A stretch of 64,000 nt of DNA from Candidatus Uhrbacteria bacterium (GCA_943354605.1 CALRCK010000003.1:14902-78901); one strand, 5' to 3'; positions 38,532-48,016 are shown, counted from the stretch's first letter. Notes: generated from the sequence alone by a model not told the origin. Translations and numbers: made by a program.

Positions 38532-38843
38532 TTATGCGATCGACTGAATGGTGATCTTGGTCCAAGGCTGACGATGACCGACGTTGCGGCGGTAACGCGT
38601 CTTTGGCTTGTACTTGATAATCGATACCTTCTCGGCACGACCGTGCTCGGAGACGATTGCCGTTACCTTTGCGTCTTTCACGATTGGAGTACCAACCTTC
38701 ACGGTTGCGCCGTCGTCGGAAGCCACGAGCAATGCCTCAAAGGTCATTGGAGCGCCAACCTCAAGATCGATCTTTTCCACGCTGAGCACCTGGCCCTCGC
38801 GGACGATGTGCTGCTTTCCTCCCGCTGTGATTACTGCAAACAT
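38532..38843 (-). CDS. rplU: 50S ribosomal protein L21
   Basis: MFAVITAGGKQHIVREGQVL...KYKPKTRYRRNVGHRQ is the canonical L21 sequence. Confidence 0.92.
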   Translation of the reverse strand: MFAVITAGGKQHIVREGQVLSVEKIDLEVGAPMTFEALLVASDDGATVKVGTPIVKDAKVTAIVSEHGRAEKVSIIKYKPKTRYRRNVGHRQPWTKITIQSIA

Positions 38844-38922
38844 AGAGTATTGAGCTGCTGAGGCGGTAAGGAAACCCCTACGCTTTTTTGCCTATTGCAA
38901 GCCAAAATGTGCGAAAAGAGTA

Positions 38923-39966
38923 TCAGGAAGCCTTGGAATCGTCAAGGTATTTCGCTAACAGGCTAATGCCAATAACGGCCAAAATGCCCAGAATTCCCAA
39001 CGCAATCACCTTTTGCCAGCTCGCGAAAAGCAGGCTCGTTACCCCAAACGCCAGAGCAATACACGAATAGAGCAACGTCACCCGCCTCGGTGAAAGGCCG
39101 GCGTCGCGGAGCATAAAGTGGAAATGACGGCGATCCGCGGTGGTGAACGGGTTCTTGCCAGCTCGATATCGGCGAACAGCCACAATGCCGACATCAATTG
39201 CGGGAATACCAAGAACGAGAAGTGCAGTTGCCATCTTACTGCCGGCGATGACAGAGAGAACGCCAACGGTGAATCCAAGTACCGTACTTCCAGATTCACC
39301 AAGGAAAATCTGTGCCGGATGCCAGTTCCATAAAATGAATCCGAGGATCGATCCCGAGAAGATCAGTGCAAGAAGCGCCACGTCGGATTGGAAATATGTT
39401 GGCGTCAATGCAAGCGCGGCGATCATCAACGACCCGACCAGTGAAACGCTCGATGCCAAACCATCTACACCATCGAGGAGCTTCGTTGTCATGGTCATGG
39501 CAAGAATCCAGACGAACGCGACGACCGATGCCGCGATCGGGGCGAGGACGATGACGCCGCCGAGCGGATTCGTCATCTTCGCAACGTTGATTCCGCCGAA
39601 CACCGCAACGAGCGACGCGAGAACGAATAGCGCCATTGAATACTTCGCCGAAATCGTGAACCGATCATCGATCACGCCGCCGATCGTGAGGATCGCGATG
39701 CCGACAAAGAACCCAATGAAGTGATGAATGCCGATCGCGCCGCTTGTGAGTTCGGACGATGAAAGAAGAACACCAATCGTGACGATCGAAAAACTCGCAA
39801 CAATCGCGAGGCCACCGAGCAATGGCGTTGGTTCGCGATGAAGCTTTCGCCCACCATCCGGCGAATCGATCACGCCGAATCGCAACGCCAATACTCGAAC
39901 GACCGGCGTAAGCCAAGCCGAGATCAAAAATGCGAGAGCGATGGGAATTGGCCACCAGGAAACCAT
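38923..39966 (-). CDS. glycosyltransferase family 4 (MraY/WecA-like polyprenyl-phosphate HexNAc-1-phosphate transferase)
   Basis: 347 aa, about 10 TM helices; DDRF and GVDGLA motifs typical of MraY/WecA-family transferases. Confidence 0.7.
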   Translation of the reverse strand: MVSWWPIPIALAFLISAWLTPVVRVLALRFGVIDSPDGGRKLHREPTPLLGGLAIVASFSIVTIGVLLSSSELTSGAIGIHHFIGFFVGIAILTIGGVIDDRFTISAKYSMALFVLASLVAVFGGINVAKMTNPLGGVIVLAPIAASVVAFVWILAMTMTTKLLDGVDGLASSVSLVGSLMIAALALTPTYFQSDVALLALIFSGSILGFILWNWHPAQIFLGESGSTVLGFTVGVLSVIAGSKMATALLVLGIPAIDVGIVAVRRYRAGKNPFTTADRRHFHFMLRDAGLSPRRVTLLYSCIALAFGVTSLLFASWQKVIALGILGILAVIGISLLAKYLDDSKAS

Positions 39967-40107
39967 ATACCCGAAGTCTACTGCGAGTTTCTCATTTGTG
40001 GCTAGTTTCGATGAAGATCGAGGAAAGCTTGCGAGACGTACTTCATGTGTACGTTGAGCAAGTTTCCGATGATCTGAGTCGAAAATAGACCAAAGGAGGA
40101 AGTCGCA

Positions 40108-41514
40108 CTAGGAAGGTATTAGTCCAGGGATCGCTTCGCTCATTGTGGGATACGCGTGGATCATTGACTGGACCGCATCGATCGTAATTCCGGCGGACAT
40201 TGCGAGTGCAAGCTCGTGAATTACTTCACCGGACCGATCGCCGAGCATTGATGCCCCAAGGATGAGATTCGATTTCTTTTCGACAAACACTTTCAACAGA
40301 CCAATGCGTTCGCTCTCAATGACGGCACGACCGAGCGCGCCAACGGGAAACTTCCAAACGGTGAATGATTTCTTTTTCGCAACAAGCTCGTCGGGCATTG
40401 CGCCAACCGATGCAAGTTCTGGTGCCACGAATGTGACGCGAGGAACAACAGAAAGATCGACGCTCGCGTACTTTTTCTTTCCTTGCGCGAGAAATGCCGC
40501 GTTTTTTCCCGCGATTGTTCCTTCGTGATGTGCGGTGTGGGTATATGCTGGCAAACCAGAAACGTCTCCAGCGAGAAATAGTGATTGCCCTTTTATGCGC
40601 ATCGCAGCGTCGATGGTGATGCCACCCGTCGCATTGCGTTTTACTCCTGCGTTTTCAAGATTCAACGATTCAACATTCGGCGCACGGCCAGAAGCGACGA
40701 GAAGCTTTTCCACGCGAACCGTTTTCCGTGGTTCCGATTTCGTTTGGTACGTGACCCGAATCTGCCTGCCGGATTTTGCTACACCGAGTACACGCGTAGC
40801 GCCGTGGAATGCCACGCCGCGATGCATGAGTGTTTTTGCCGCAAGCGCCGCAGTTTCCGCGTCTTCGCGCGGAAGGAAACGCTCAGCGATATCAAAAACA
40901 ATCACGGGAATGCCAAGTAAGGAAAAGAATGTCGCGAACTCGCAACCAATCGGACCGCTTCCAAGAATGCCGATGGATTCTGGAAGTTCCGTTATCGACG
41001 TTGCTTCGCGTGGCGTCCAATACTCGATAGAATCGATCCCCGCGATCGGCGGGATCTTCGAAACCGATCCCGTTGCAATAACAAACGACTTCGCACTAAT
41101 GATGTGCGTGCCGACGCGAATCGATTCGTCGTCGATGAAACTTGCGGCGCCACGGAAAATTGTCACCTTTTCGCTTTCAAGAATCTTTTCCAATCGGCGA
41201 TTCCCCGTCATTGCGTTCACCACCGCATCTTTTCGCTCCATCATCGCCGAAAGGTTGAACGTGAGACGCTTGACGTCAATACCGAATCGCCCACCGTTTC
41301 GTCGGATATCGTCGTATCGCACAGCAGCAGCGAGCATCGACTTTGTTGGAACGCACGCGTAGTTTGGACATTCGCCACCAAGTTTGTCGGAAGAAACAAT
41401 CGCGACACTCGCGCCTTCTTGTCGCGCCGCAAATGCCGCGGAAAGGCCCGCAGAGCCTCCGCCAATAACGACGACATCGAATCCAGTTTTATGCGCAATC
41501 TTTTTCACTGGCAT
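40108..41514 (-). CDS. FAD-dependent pyridine nucleotide-disulfide oxidoreductase (dihydrolipoamide dehydrogenase / MerA-like)
   Basis: Start at MPVKKIAHKTGFDVVVIGGGSAGLSAA; redox-active GGECPNYACVPTK, second NAD-binding GxGxxG, C-terminal dimerisation domain. Confidence 0.75.
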   Translation of the reverse strand: MPVKKIAHKTGFDVVVIGGGSAGLSAAFAARQEGASVAIVSSDKLGGECPNYACVPTKSMLAAAVRYDDIRRNGGRFGIDVKRLTFNLSAMMERKDAVVNAMTGNRRLEKILESEKVTIFRGAASFIDDESIRVGTHIISAKSFVIATGSVSKIPPIAGIDSIEYWTPREATSITELPESIGILGSGPIGCEFATFFSLLGIPVIVFDIAERFLPREDAETAALAAKTLMHRGVAFHGATRVLGVAKSGRQIRVTYQTKSEPRKTVRVEKLLVASGRAPNVESLNLENAGVKRNATGGITIDAAMRIKGQSLFLAGDVSGLPAYTHTAHHEGTIAGKNAAFLAQGKKKYASVDLSVVPRVTFVAPELASVGAMPDELVAKKKSFTVWKFPVGALGRAVIESERIGLLKVFVEKKSNLILGASMLGDRSGEVIHELALAMSAGITIDAVQSMIHAYPTMSEAIPGLIPS

Positions 41515-41516
41515 AT

Positions 41517-42866
41517 CTACACAACAAGCGGAAGATCTCTCCAAACCTTCTCATCACCACGCAGCAACGATTCCACACGATATGCGCCGTGTGTTGGTGC
41601 ATTCGTAAATCCACTCCACGCCATACGCGCGAGTGCGCCGCTTTCAATCCAATCGAACAACCATTCGTTCATGTATTGCGGTGCAAGACCATCCGCGCCT
41701 CCCCCAACATACGTCAGCCATGCGCGATTAAAGTCTTCTTGGCTTCCCACCGTTGGTGCCATGATGATCGGAATCGCCAAGCCGGTGTAGAACGAAAGTT
41801 CGGACGGCTTCGTCCACAAAATATCCGTCTTGCGCATCAGCTTCGAGAATGCAGAAAAATACGCAGGACGATTATCCTCAAACAAAATCGTCACACGACC
41901 AGCACGCTTCGCACTAACCAATCCGTCCAATCGAATCTCGCGCTCAAAGAATTCGTTCACTTCTGGTCGTGTTCCCGCAACAAGATTTACGATGATTCGG
42001 CCAGCACGAATGTCGCTTGCCAACGATCGCAATGCAAGCGCGACAAGCTCTCGCTGTGTTCCTGCGCCACCGACCGCGAATGTAATGGACGGCGTTGTTG
42101 GCTTTACCGCACAGAATTGTTTTCCAAATGTTGCATCGAGGAGCGAATGCGCCTTTGCAACAAAGTTTCCGTGCGGATCAAGATTGCACATGCGGCGTTG
42201 CAAGTCGGCACGAACATATTCTGGAACGTGCGGACCACCAACGGTTTCAAACGGCAACGGAAATCCCGTCAGCGTAATGTTCTTTTCCTTCACGCCGTAC
42301 AATTTTAATCGCTCGACCACGCGACCGGTCGGAGCGAGGTATTTGATTCTGCTCTTCTTTGGATTCAACGGAACCCAAGCCCGTGCGATATCGGCGTCGC
42401 AAAGAACGATGTAAATATCCTCAGGGTAATCGAATTCTTCTGCAGCGAATGCGGGAGTAAAAAACGTCGAAACGATCGGAAGCGGACGTTCTTTAAACCG
42501 TTCGATCAGGTCGCGACACATCCCCTGTCGTCGAATGAGCGCGTACGTTTGCCGGACTTGCAGACTCGGCTTTGAGAGATCGCGTCGCGGATAAAACTCC
42601 GGGATGCGCTGCATCTTGTCCATGATACCGAACGCAGCGGTTCCCAGAATTGGGACGTTCTTGAATCGGGAAACGAATTCGTAAAAACTCTTCCCCGTCT
42701 CCCAAAGCCTTCGCTCGTGGGCAGGGATGCCTGGATAATCGTTCGCCACGGTCACTTGCCCGCCTGGCGCCAAGTGGCGCAATGCAAACGCGGCCCGCTC
42801 GTGGCCATAGCCCATATTGACCGCAACAACGTGCGCCAATGCTTTCCCCCTTGATTTTTCCTCCAT
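41517..42866 (-). CDS. GT-B glycosyltransferase, MGDG synthase / UgtP-like (GT28)
   Basis: Start placed at MEEKSRGKALAHVVAVNMGYGHERAA. Resembles the UgtP N-terminal TASYGNGH motif; downstream blocks parallel UgtP (LCDADIARAWV vs MTDFCLHKIWV; LTGFPLP vs ITGIPIRP). Upstream part of the track ORF is antisense to rpmB and rejected. Confidence 0.4.
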   Translation of the reverse strand: MEEKSRGKALAHVVAVNMGYGHERAAFALRHLAPGGQVTVANDYPGIPAHERRLWETGKSFYEFVSRFKNVPILGTAAFGIMDKMQRIPEFYPRRDLSKPSLQVRQTYALIRRQGMCRDLIERFKERPLPIVSTFFTPAFAAEEFDYPEDIYIVLCDADIARAWVPLNPKKSRIKYLAPTGRVVERLKLYGVKEKNITLTGFPLPFETVGGPHVPEYVRADLQRRMCNLDPHGNFVAKAHSLLDATFGKQFCAVKPTTPSITFAVGGAGTQRELVALALRSLASDIRAGRIIVNLVAGTRPEVNEFFEREIRLDGLVSAKRAGRVTILFEDNRPAYFSAFSKLMRKTDILWTKPSELSFYTGLAIPIIMAPTVGSQEDFNRAWLTYVGGGADGLAPQYMNEWLFDWIESGALARMAWSGFTNAPTHGAYRVESLLRGDEKVWRDLPLVV

Positions 42867-42954
42867 AATCTTATGAACAAGTATAGCATGGCTAATGCTT
42901 GCCAAGTTTTGAATGATCAGGTAGCATTCCCGCATTCGAAACCCCAACACGCTT

Positions 42955-43185
42955 ATGTCCAAAGTCTGCATGATCACTGGCAAAACGCCTCTTACGGGCA
43001 ACAATGTCAGCCACTCCAACGTCAAATCGAAGCGTCGCCAGATGCCAAATTTGCAAAAGAAAACGGTTATCAACCCAGCAACTGGCAAGCCAGTCGTGCT
43101 CATGGTTTCTGGCCGCGGCATCCGCACCCTCGCAAAGTGGGTAAAGGCAGGAAGCAAAGTCGATCTCCGCTACTTCGTCGAGTAA
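42955..43185 (+). CDS. rpmB: 50S ribosomal protein L28
   Basis: MSKVCMITGKTPLTGNNVSHSNVKSKRRQMPNLQKK matches the conserved L28 N-terminus. Confidence 0.85.
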   Translation: MSKVCMITGKTPLTGNNVSHSNVKSKRRQMPNLQKKTVINPATGKPVVLMVSGRGIRTLAKWVKAGSKVDLRYFVE

Positions 43186-43196
43186 TCGATTCAACC

Positions 43197-43227
43197 AAAA
43201 ACGCTCCGAGCAATCGGAGCGTTTTTT
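43197..43227 (+). terminator. rho-independent terminator of rpmB
   Basis: AAAAACGCTCCGAGCAATCGGAGCGTTTTTTGTTTT. Confidence 0.7.
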
Positions 43228-43259
43228 GTTTTCATCTAACTCAGCCATTATCTTTTTCA

Positions 43260-43286
43260 GTCATCCCCGCGAAGGCGGGGATCCAG
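43260..43286. repeat. family-1 palindromic element (GTCATCCCCGCGAAGGCGGGGATCCAG), intergenic
   Basis: Opposite orientation relative to the secA, uvrB and GT1 copies. Confidence 0.8.
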
Positions 43287-43420
43287 ACATCGCTCCGTGG
43301 CGACTCGGGTATCAATTTTTCTGCTGCGTCACACGACGCTACGCCGCGACGTCTCACCTTCGGTTCGACTGCGGCTGTGCATCCAGGTAGCCTCGCTGAA
43401 AAATTGATACCACTCGTCGC

Positions 43421-44428
43421 TCACTTCGCTATCACGTACCCGCCATCCTTATATACAACTTCCCCGTCGATCGTGACGGTGGTGACGTCGGCGAAGACGT
43501 CCACGTGGTATTTACTTGAACGCTTTGGGAATCCTTCCTTTGTGTACACCGAGTGCTTCTGGCCAAGGGAAAGATGGATACCGCACATGCGTTCGTAGCT
43601 TCCAATATCGGTGAGCCTCCGATTCCGAGTGAGTGCACGGTTCATGCCAAAGCCGAGTTCGCGAACCCACAAAAGTTCATCGGCGCGGATCTGATCCATC
43701 ACTGCGGTGAATGATTGTGGCGGATTGATCGCTTCCACGAGAATGCCGTTTTCGATGCGAACAAGGACGGGTTCTGGCGGAACGATCACGTGAAAGTCGG
43801 CATCGGCGTACGCGAAGAGTTTTACAAATCCGTTTGCCCTTGAGAAATCCGCGGCCTCGGTAAACACTTCGCCAATTGGAAACATTCCGCCAATATTCTT
43901 CATTCCCGTGTAGTCGCCGGTATTCAACTTTGCAGATTCGAATGGACCGTCGTACACCAGCTCAGTTCCTTCGCAGGAAACGATAATCTGTTTTGCGTTA
44001 TCGATTTTGTTCTTCAGCCACGGACCGACGGCGTGATAGTACTGCTCGTCGTATGCAAGTGAATCGAGATAGATTTCATGCTCTTCCTCCGGCATGCGAC
44101 CGAGGTGCGGATGTTCGATGACGGCGAGATTACGATTAAAGAGCTCAAGACGGAATCGGAATTCATTCAAGCGGAAGCTCCCGGATTGAACGAGAACAAC
44201 AAGGCTTCCTGGCGCCAACGTGTCGATGGCGGCACGGACAGCTTCTGGCGTCGTATCGTCAAAATTGATCTCGATCGTATTGGTCAGCACATTGCGATAC
44301 GCCCGAGAAAGCCGCGTGGAAAGTGGCGATTGCTCATCGAAAACGATGATCGACGGATGCGACACGTCGATGCGAAATGCTTTGGTAATAATGTCGCGAA
44401 CGTTTTGTTCAATAGCGATGCTTTCCAT
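43421..44428 (-). CDS. hypothetical protein (possibly aminopeptidase-like)
   Basis: Start at MESIAIEQNV (upstream extension is antisense junk); 335 aa; no confident family assignment. Confidence 0.4.
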   Translation of the reverse strand: MESIAIEQNVRDIITKAFRIDVSHPSIIVFDEQSPLSTRLSRAYRNVLTNTIEINFDDTTPEAVRAAIDTLAPGSLVVLVQSGSFRLNEFRFRLELFNRNLAVIEHPHLGRMPEEEHEIYLDSLAYDEQYYHAVGPWLKNKIDNAKQIIVSCEGTELVYDGPFESAKLNTGDYTGMKNIGGMFPIGEVFTEAADFSRANGFVKLFAYADADFHVIVPPEPVLVRIENGILVEAINPPQSFTAVMDQIRADELLWVRELGFGMNRALTRNRRLTDIGSYERMCGIHLSLGQKHSVYTKEGFPKRSSKYHVDVFADVTTVTIDGEVVYKDGGYVIAK

Positions 44429-44521
44429 AGATTGGCTTATCCTACACAAAAATGCCGCATTTGTCACAAAATACCCGCTCCAAGCATAGATATCGTGTAG
44501 GCCTACTGATAATCTTCTCTC

Positions 44522-45022
44522 ATGAACGACTCTGCCCAACAATTTACCAGCACATTCTCCGCCATGTACGACGGGCTGTATCGCTATCTTGCGTATCGCA
44601 TTCCCAATCGCGCCGATGCCGAAGATGCCGTGGCGAACACCGCACTTCTCGCATGGAAGAACCTCGCGCAGCACAATGCTGACCGCGGTAGCATCGAAGA
44701 GTGGATGATGGGAATAGCGAAGAACCAAGTACGAATGTATTGGCGCAATCACAGACCGTGCTCTTCGCTCAACGAGATTGAACATCTCTTCGCAGACGAC
44801 GCAACTCCGATCGACCACATCGTAAATGATCAGATGACGCTCGAGCGCATTTTTGTTGAACTCGACAGCGAGCAGAAAGCGCTACTGGCACTGCACTACA
44901 TCGACGGCATTCCATACAACGACATCGCGCTCATGTTCGATGCTACCCCCACACAGCTCCGAAAGAAAGTCTCCCGAGCACTTCACGCCATCAGAAATCA
45001 ATTCAGTTTCTTTGTTGAATAA
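44522..45022 (+). CDS. RNA polymerase sigma-70 factor, ECF subfamily
   Basis: 166 aa; region 2 (YDGLYRYLAYRIPNRADAEDAVANTALLAW) and region 4 HTH (LHYIDGIPYNDIALMFDATPTQLRKKVSRALHAIR). Confidence 0.85.
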   Translation: MNDSAQQFTSTFSAMYDGLYRYLAYRIPNRADAEDAVANTALLAWKNLAQHNADRGSIEEWMMGIAKNQVRMYWRNHRPCSSLNEIEHLFADDATPIDHIVNDQMTLERIFVELDSEQKALLALHYIDGIPYNDIALMFDATPTQLRKKVSRALHAIRNQFSFFVE

Positions 45023-45025
45023 TCT

Positions 45026-46288
45026 ATGAAACCTATCATCACCCAAATGCTTCACGACGACGAAGCGACCATCGAACCGAATGTGGATCTTCGTCGCGAT
45101 ATCACCTTGCGATTCCACCGATCGCCATTCACGTTCACCCGACTCTGGAGAATGACGACACTCGTTGGCGCAACCGCGGTCATCGCCGTCGCGCTCGTCA
45201 GCCTGAACGGACCGCAGTCCAAAGGAGCGACGTCGTTCATTGCACAAGCGAACGCTGCGTACGAAAGTCTTCGAACAAAGCTCTCCGAGCCGGGCGCGGT
45301 TCGACACACCATTACATCATTCATCAGCTATCCAGATCCCTCCACGGACAGCGTCACGTTTTCGACAAACGACGGGCAACCAGACGAAACATGGAGCAAC
45401 GGCGATGGAACGCTGACCCTTTCGGGGCCAGTTGGATCGCCACAGCATCTCCACGACCACGACAAAAACTACATGGATGCAGAACGGTATAAAGAATACT
45501 TTCCCGAGGACACCGGCCCGGGATCTGGCGGAACCATCACATCGAACGACGATGGATCATGGGCGTCGTCCACAACCAATGGTGAAAATTCCGGTCCGCA
45601 GTACAGCATCACTACCCCACCGGATACCGCATCGTGGGAAGAGAAGTACGACCCCGCCGATTCCAGTGTGGCATGCGTGGACATCACGCCACTCACTGAT
45701 GCGCAGAAAGCTGCGCGCGATAGCATGGACGCTATCAATACCGCGAGCGATGCCGTCGCCGCCGGAACTGCCGGACCAGAAGCACTGCTCAGCATTCTCT
45801 CGTCCTCTTCTGCGGTTACGGATCGTGGCATTCAACACGATGACGCCCTCGGAGACCTTCACGTCTACCGTATCGTCTACGACTCCGCATTGAGCGCTAT
45901 CGATTCATCCGAAATTGGGAAACAAGGATTCCGAGAATTCGGATTCTCGCCGGACACGTATCTCATGCGGTTCATCCGCTCTGGGCAAATTGACACCGAC
46001 GGAACGGAATTCGTCGAAAGTACTCTCAGTATCCTCACGGACGAAGTTCTTTCCGCAGATCGCATCGCTACCGACTTTTTCTCACCGACACGGCTTGGAT
46101 TCGTCCTTACTCCACCATCGGACTTCGATCATCCAGAAAACCTCCCGTCGATCATTCTCCATGATGGTTGCTACCGCCAAGGGATCACCGCACCGGAATG
46201 GCTGAATGCCGCGGACGAAGCCGCCGCACGCGCACGCATCGCCACACTCGGCGATCAGGCACCAGGATTGGGAGGCGGAGGATTCTAA
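45026..46288 (+). CDS. putative membrane-anchored anti-sigma factor (large extracytoplasmic domain)
   Basis: Begins 4 nt after the ECF sigma gene; one TM helix (TTLVGATAVIAVALVSL) after a short cytoplasmic N-terminus; 360-aa extracytoplasmic region of unknown fold. Confidence 0.45.
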   Translation: MKPIITQMLHDDEATIEPNVDLRRDITLRFHRSPFTFTRLWRMTTLVGATAVIAVALVSLNGPQSKGATSFIAQANAAYESLRTKLSEPGAVRHTITSFISYPDPSTDSVTFSTNDGQPDETWSNGDGTLTLSGPVGSPQHLHDHDKNYMDAERYKEYFPEDTGPGSGGTITSNDDGSWASSTTNGENSGPQYSITTPPDTASWEEKYDPADSSVACVDITPLTDAQKAARDSMDAINTASDAVAAGTAGPEALLSILSSSSAVTDRGIQHDDALGDLHVYRIVYDSALSAIDSSEIGKQGFREFGFSPDTYLMRFIRSGQIDTDGTEFVESTLSILTDEVLSADRIATDFFSPTRLGFVLTPPSDFDHPENLPSIILHDGCYRQGITAPEWLNAADEAAARARIATLGDQAPGLGGGGF

Positions 46289-46335
46289 TTCGCCGTACTG
46301 AAAAGACGACCATTGTGGTCGTCTTTTCTTTCTCA

Positions 46336-46962
46336 TTACTCCTTCGCCTCTTTCGCCGCCTCTTCTACCATCGTTTTCCCACGCTCTGTCGCCATCGCAC
46401 GAAGGATGATATAGCCCACGATGATAATAAAAAGTCCGATACCCACCCATCGCAATCCGCGGTGAATAGAACTCCAGAATTGTCCAAAGAAGAATCCAAT
46501 CGCCAAATACGATGCGGACCACAAAATGCCGCTCGTGATGTTCATCGTCATGAACGACCGCCATTTCATTTTCAGCGCGCCGGCGATGAATGGAACGAAC
46601 GGACGAAGTGGTCCGATGAATCGCCCAAGAAATACACCCGCAACACCGTATTCGTTCATGAATTTTTCAGCACGATCCACCGTGCTCTGTGCGAATAATC
46701 GAGGGAATTGTTTTGCGGGATCGATTCCTCGTCGACCGAGCACAAAACTCAGGACGTCACCAAGAATCGCGCCAATGGCGCCAATAAAAATTGCATCTCC
46801 AATGTCGTAAACTCCCTGAGAGATCACAAAACCGAACAACACCACAAATGTTGCACCTGGTACAAGAATACCAACAACAGCAATCGATTCCCCGAATGCA
46901 AACGCAAACAACAAGGCGTACGCCCAGTTACCAAGTTGCGAAATCCAAGGAAGCCAGTGATT
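46336..46962 (-). CDS. DedA/SNARE-associated family membrane protein
   Basis: Start at MFNHWLPWI; ESIAVVGILVPG and GRFIGPLRPFVPFIAG motifs of the DedA family. Confidence 0.7.
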   Translation of the reverse strand, partial: NHWLPWISQLGNWAYALLFAFAFGESIAVVGILVPGATFVVLFGFVISQGVYDIGDAIFIGAIGAILGDVLSFVLGRRGIDPAKQFPRLFAQSTVDRAEKFMNEYGVAGVFLGRFIGPLRPFVPFIAGALKMKWRSFMTMNITSGILWSASYLAIGFFFGQFWSSIHRGLRWVGIGLFIIIVGYIILRAMATERGKTMVEEAAKEAKE

Positions 46963-47533
46963 AAACATAACGGGTCGGCGGGTGTTCAAAGGTAATAATC
47001 GGCATGTGGTTCTTCATCACGTCCTGCGGAATACCAAGCTCTTCAAGATACACCGTGGACACTTCGCAGAACTTTGCATCCGCGTAATCGAAACCCAGTA
47101 ATTCCGACGCCGCACGAACCGTCGCTTCGTCGTGCGCCTCAACCTCCACAAACGGACGAAGACCTGGCCAGGTGTCGATTGTCACTTCCGCACCATTCAA
47201 CGTCCATGCCTCGCGCAAGGTCTCTTGATACGCCTTCTTCTGCGCACCAATCGCCGACAAGAAATCGACCGCGTTATCGAAATCGTCCACCTTTACCATC
47301 ACTTCCTTCTGATCCTCAATCGCATCGCCATTCACCACCTTCAAGGACATGGTGATTACCTCCCCCTCGTCGCGAACGCGCATCCATCCACCAGGAATGG
47401 CGATTGGCGGATTAAACACCGTCCGCCGCATCAATGCTTCCTTTTTTACCAATGTTCCGCCGACTTCCTGAAGCTTTGCTCGGACGGCATCCTTATCGAC
47501 CCCGGTAAATGTGGCTTCGAATTCAATTTGCAT
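46961..47533 (-). CDS. CYTH-domain protein (class IV adenylyl cyclase / triphosphatase-like)
   Basis: MQIEFEATF N-terminus with ExE and the beta-barrel pattern of the CYTH/CyaB fold. Confidence 0.55.
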   Translation of the reverse strand: MQIEFEATFTGVDKDAVRAKLQEVGGTLVKKEALMRRTVFNPPIAIPGGWMRVRDEGEVITMSLKVVNGDAIEDQKEVMVKVDDFDNAVDFLSAIGAQKKAYQETLREAWTLNGAEVTIDTWPGLRPFVEVEAHDEATVRAASELLGFDYADAKFCEVSTVYLEELGIPQDVMKNHMPIITFEHPPTRYV

Positions 47534-47595
47534 AGAATATCCTTGAGGATAGCGCTAAACAATAAAAAACTCCAACGACAAATCGTTGGAGTTTT

Positions 47596-47671
47596 TTGGA
47601 GCCACAGTCGGGGATCGAACCCGAGACCTCATCCTTACCATGGATGCGCTCTACCATCTGAGCTACTGCGG
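47596..47671 (-). tRNA. tRNA-Thr (anticodon GGU)
   Basis: Reverse complement GCCGCAGTAGCTCAGATGGTAGAGCGCATCCATGGTAAGGATGAGGTCTCGGGTTCGATCCCCGACTGTGGCTCCA folds into a cloverleaf; anticodon loop ATGGTAA; CCA encoded. Confidence 0.8.
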
Positions 47672-47704
47672 CGTATGAGAAAGGCTCGTTGCCGAGCTTT
47701 TCTC

Positions 47705-47790
47705 ATGGTGGGTTGGGAGGGATTCGAACCTTCGAAGGCGCAAGCCAAGAGATTTACAGTCTCTCCTCGTTGACCGCTTGAGTACCAACC
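47705..47790 (-). tRNA. tRNA-Tyr (anticodon GUA), class II with long variable arm
   Basis: Reverse complement GGGTTGGTACTCAAGCGGTCAACGAGGAGAGACTGTAAATCTCTTGGCTTGCGCCTTCGAAGGTTCGAATCCCTCCCAACCCACCA; anticodon arm AGAGA-CTGTAAA-TCTCT; CCA encoded. Confidence 0.8.
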
Positions 47791-47794
47791 CATG

Positions 47795-47919
47795 GTGGGA
47801 CGAACCTATTTGGCCAATTTTGGGCTTGCAGCATCGAAAACTTTTTCAACGTACTGTGAAGTACGTCTCAAAAGCTTTTCTCGCCACGCACCCAAACTTG
47901 ACGCAAATAGCTTCGTCCC
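47795..47919 (-). ncRNA. structured spacer RNA candidate in the tRNA cluster, with tRNA-like acceptor stem and 3' ACCA but no cloverleaf
   Basis: Minus-strand sequence begins GGGACGA and ends TCGTCCCACCA (7-bp acceptor-like helix plus CCA). Inner stacked helices CTATTTG/CAAATAG, TTTGGG/CCCAAA, perfect hairpin ACGTACT-TCAC-AGTACGT and palindrome AAAAGCTTTT. Not a canonical tRNA. Confidence 0.3.
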
Positions 47920-47940
47920 ACAGTCACGCTCAATTTTTCA

Positions 47941-48016
47941 ATGGAGCCGAAAACCGGATTCGAACCGGTGACCTACGGTTTACAAAACCGTTGCTCTACC
48001 AGCTGAGCTATTTCGG
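47941..48016 (-). tRNA. tRNA-Thr (anticodon UGU)
   Basis: Reverse complement GCCGAAATAGCTCAGCTGGTAGAGCAACGGTTTTGTAAACCGTAGGTCACCGGTTCGAATCCGGTTTTCGGCTCCA; anticodon arm ACGGT-TTTGTAA-ACCGT; CCA encoded. Confidence 0.8.

Noticed and set aside
42873-43598. 241-aa plus-strand ORF spanning rpmB antisense and the repeat region
   Set aside because: It is out of frame with rpmB and runs through the rpmB terminator, the family-1 element (read as VIPAKAGIQ) and the long palindrome; it is a repeat-driven spurious ORF.
47795-47919. Calling the tRNA-cluster spacer a fourth canonical tRNA
   Set aside because: It has an acceptor-like helix and CCA, but it is 125 nt long and has no D, anticodon or T arms.
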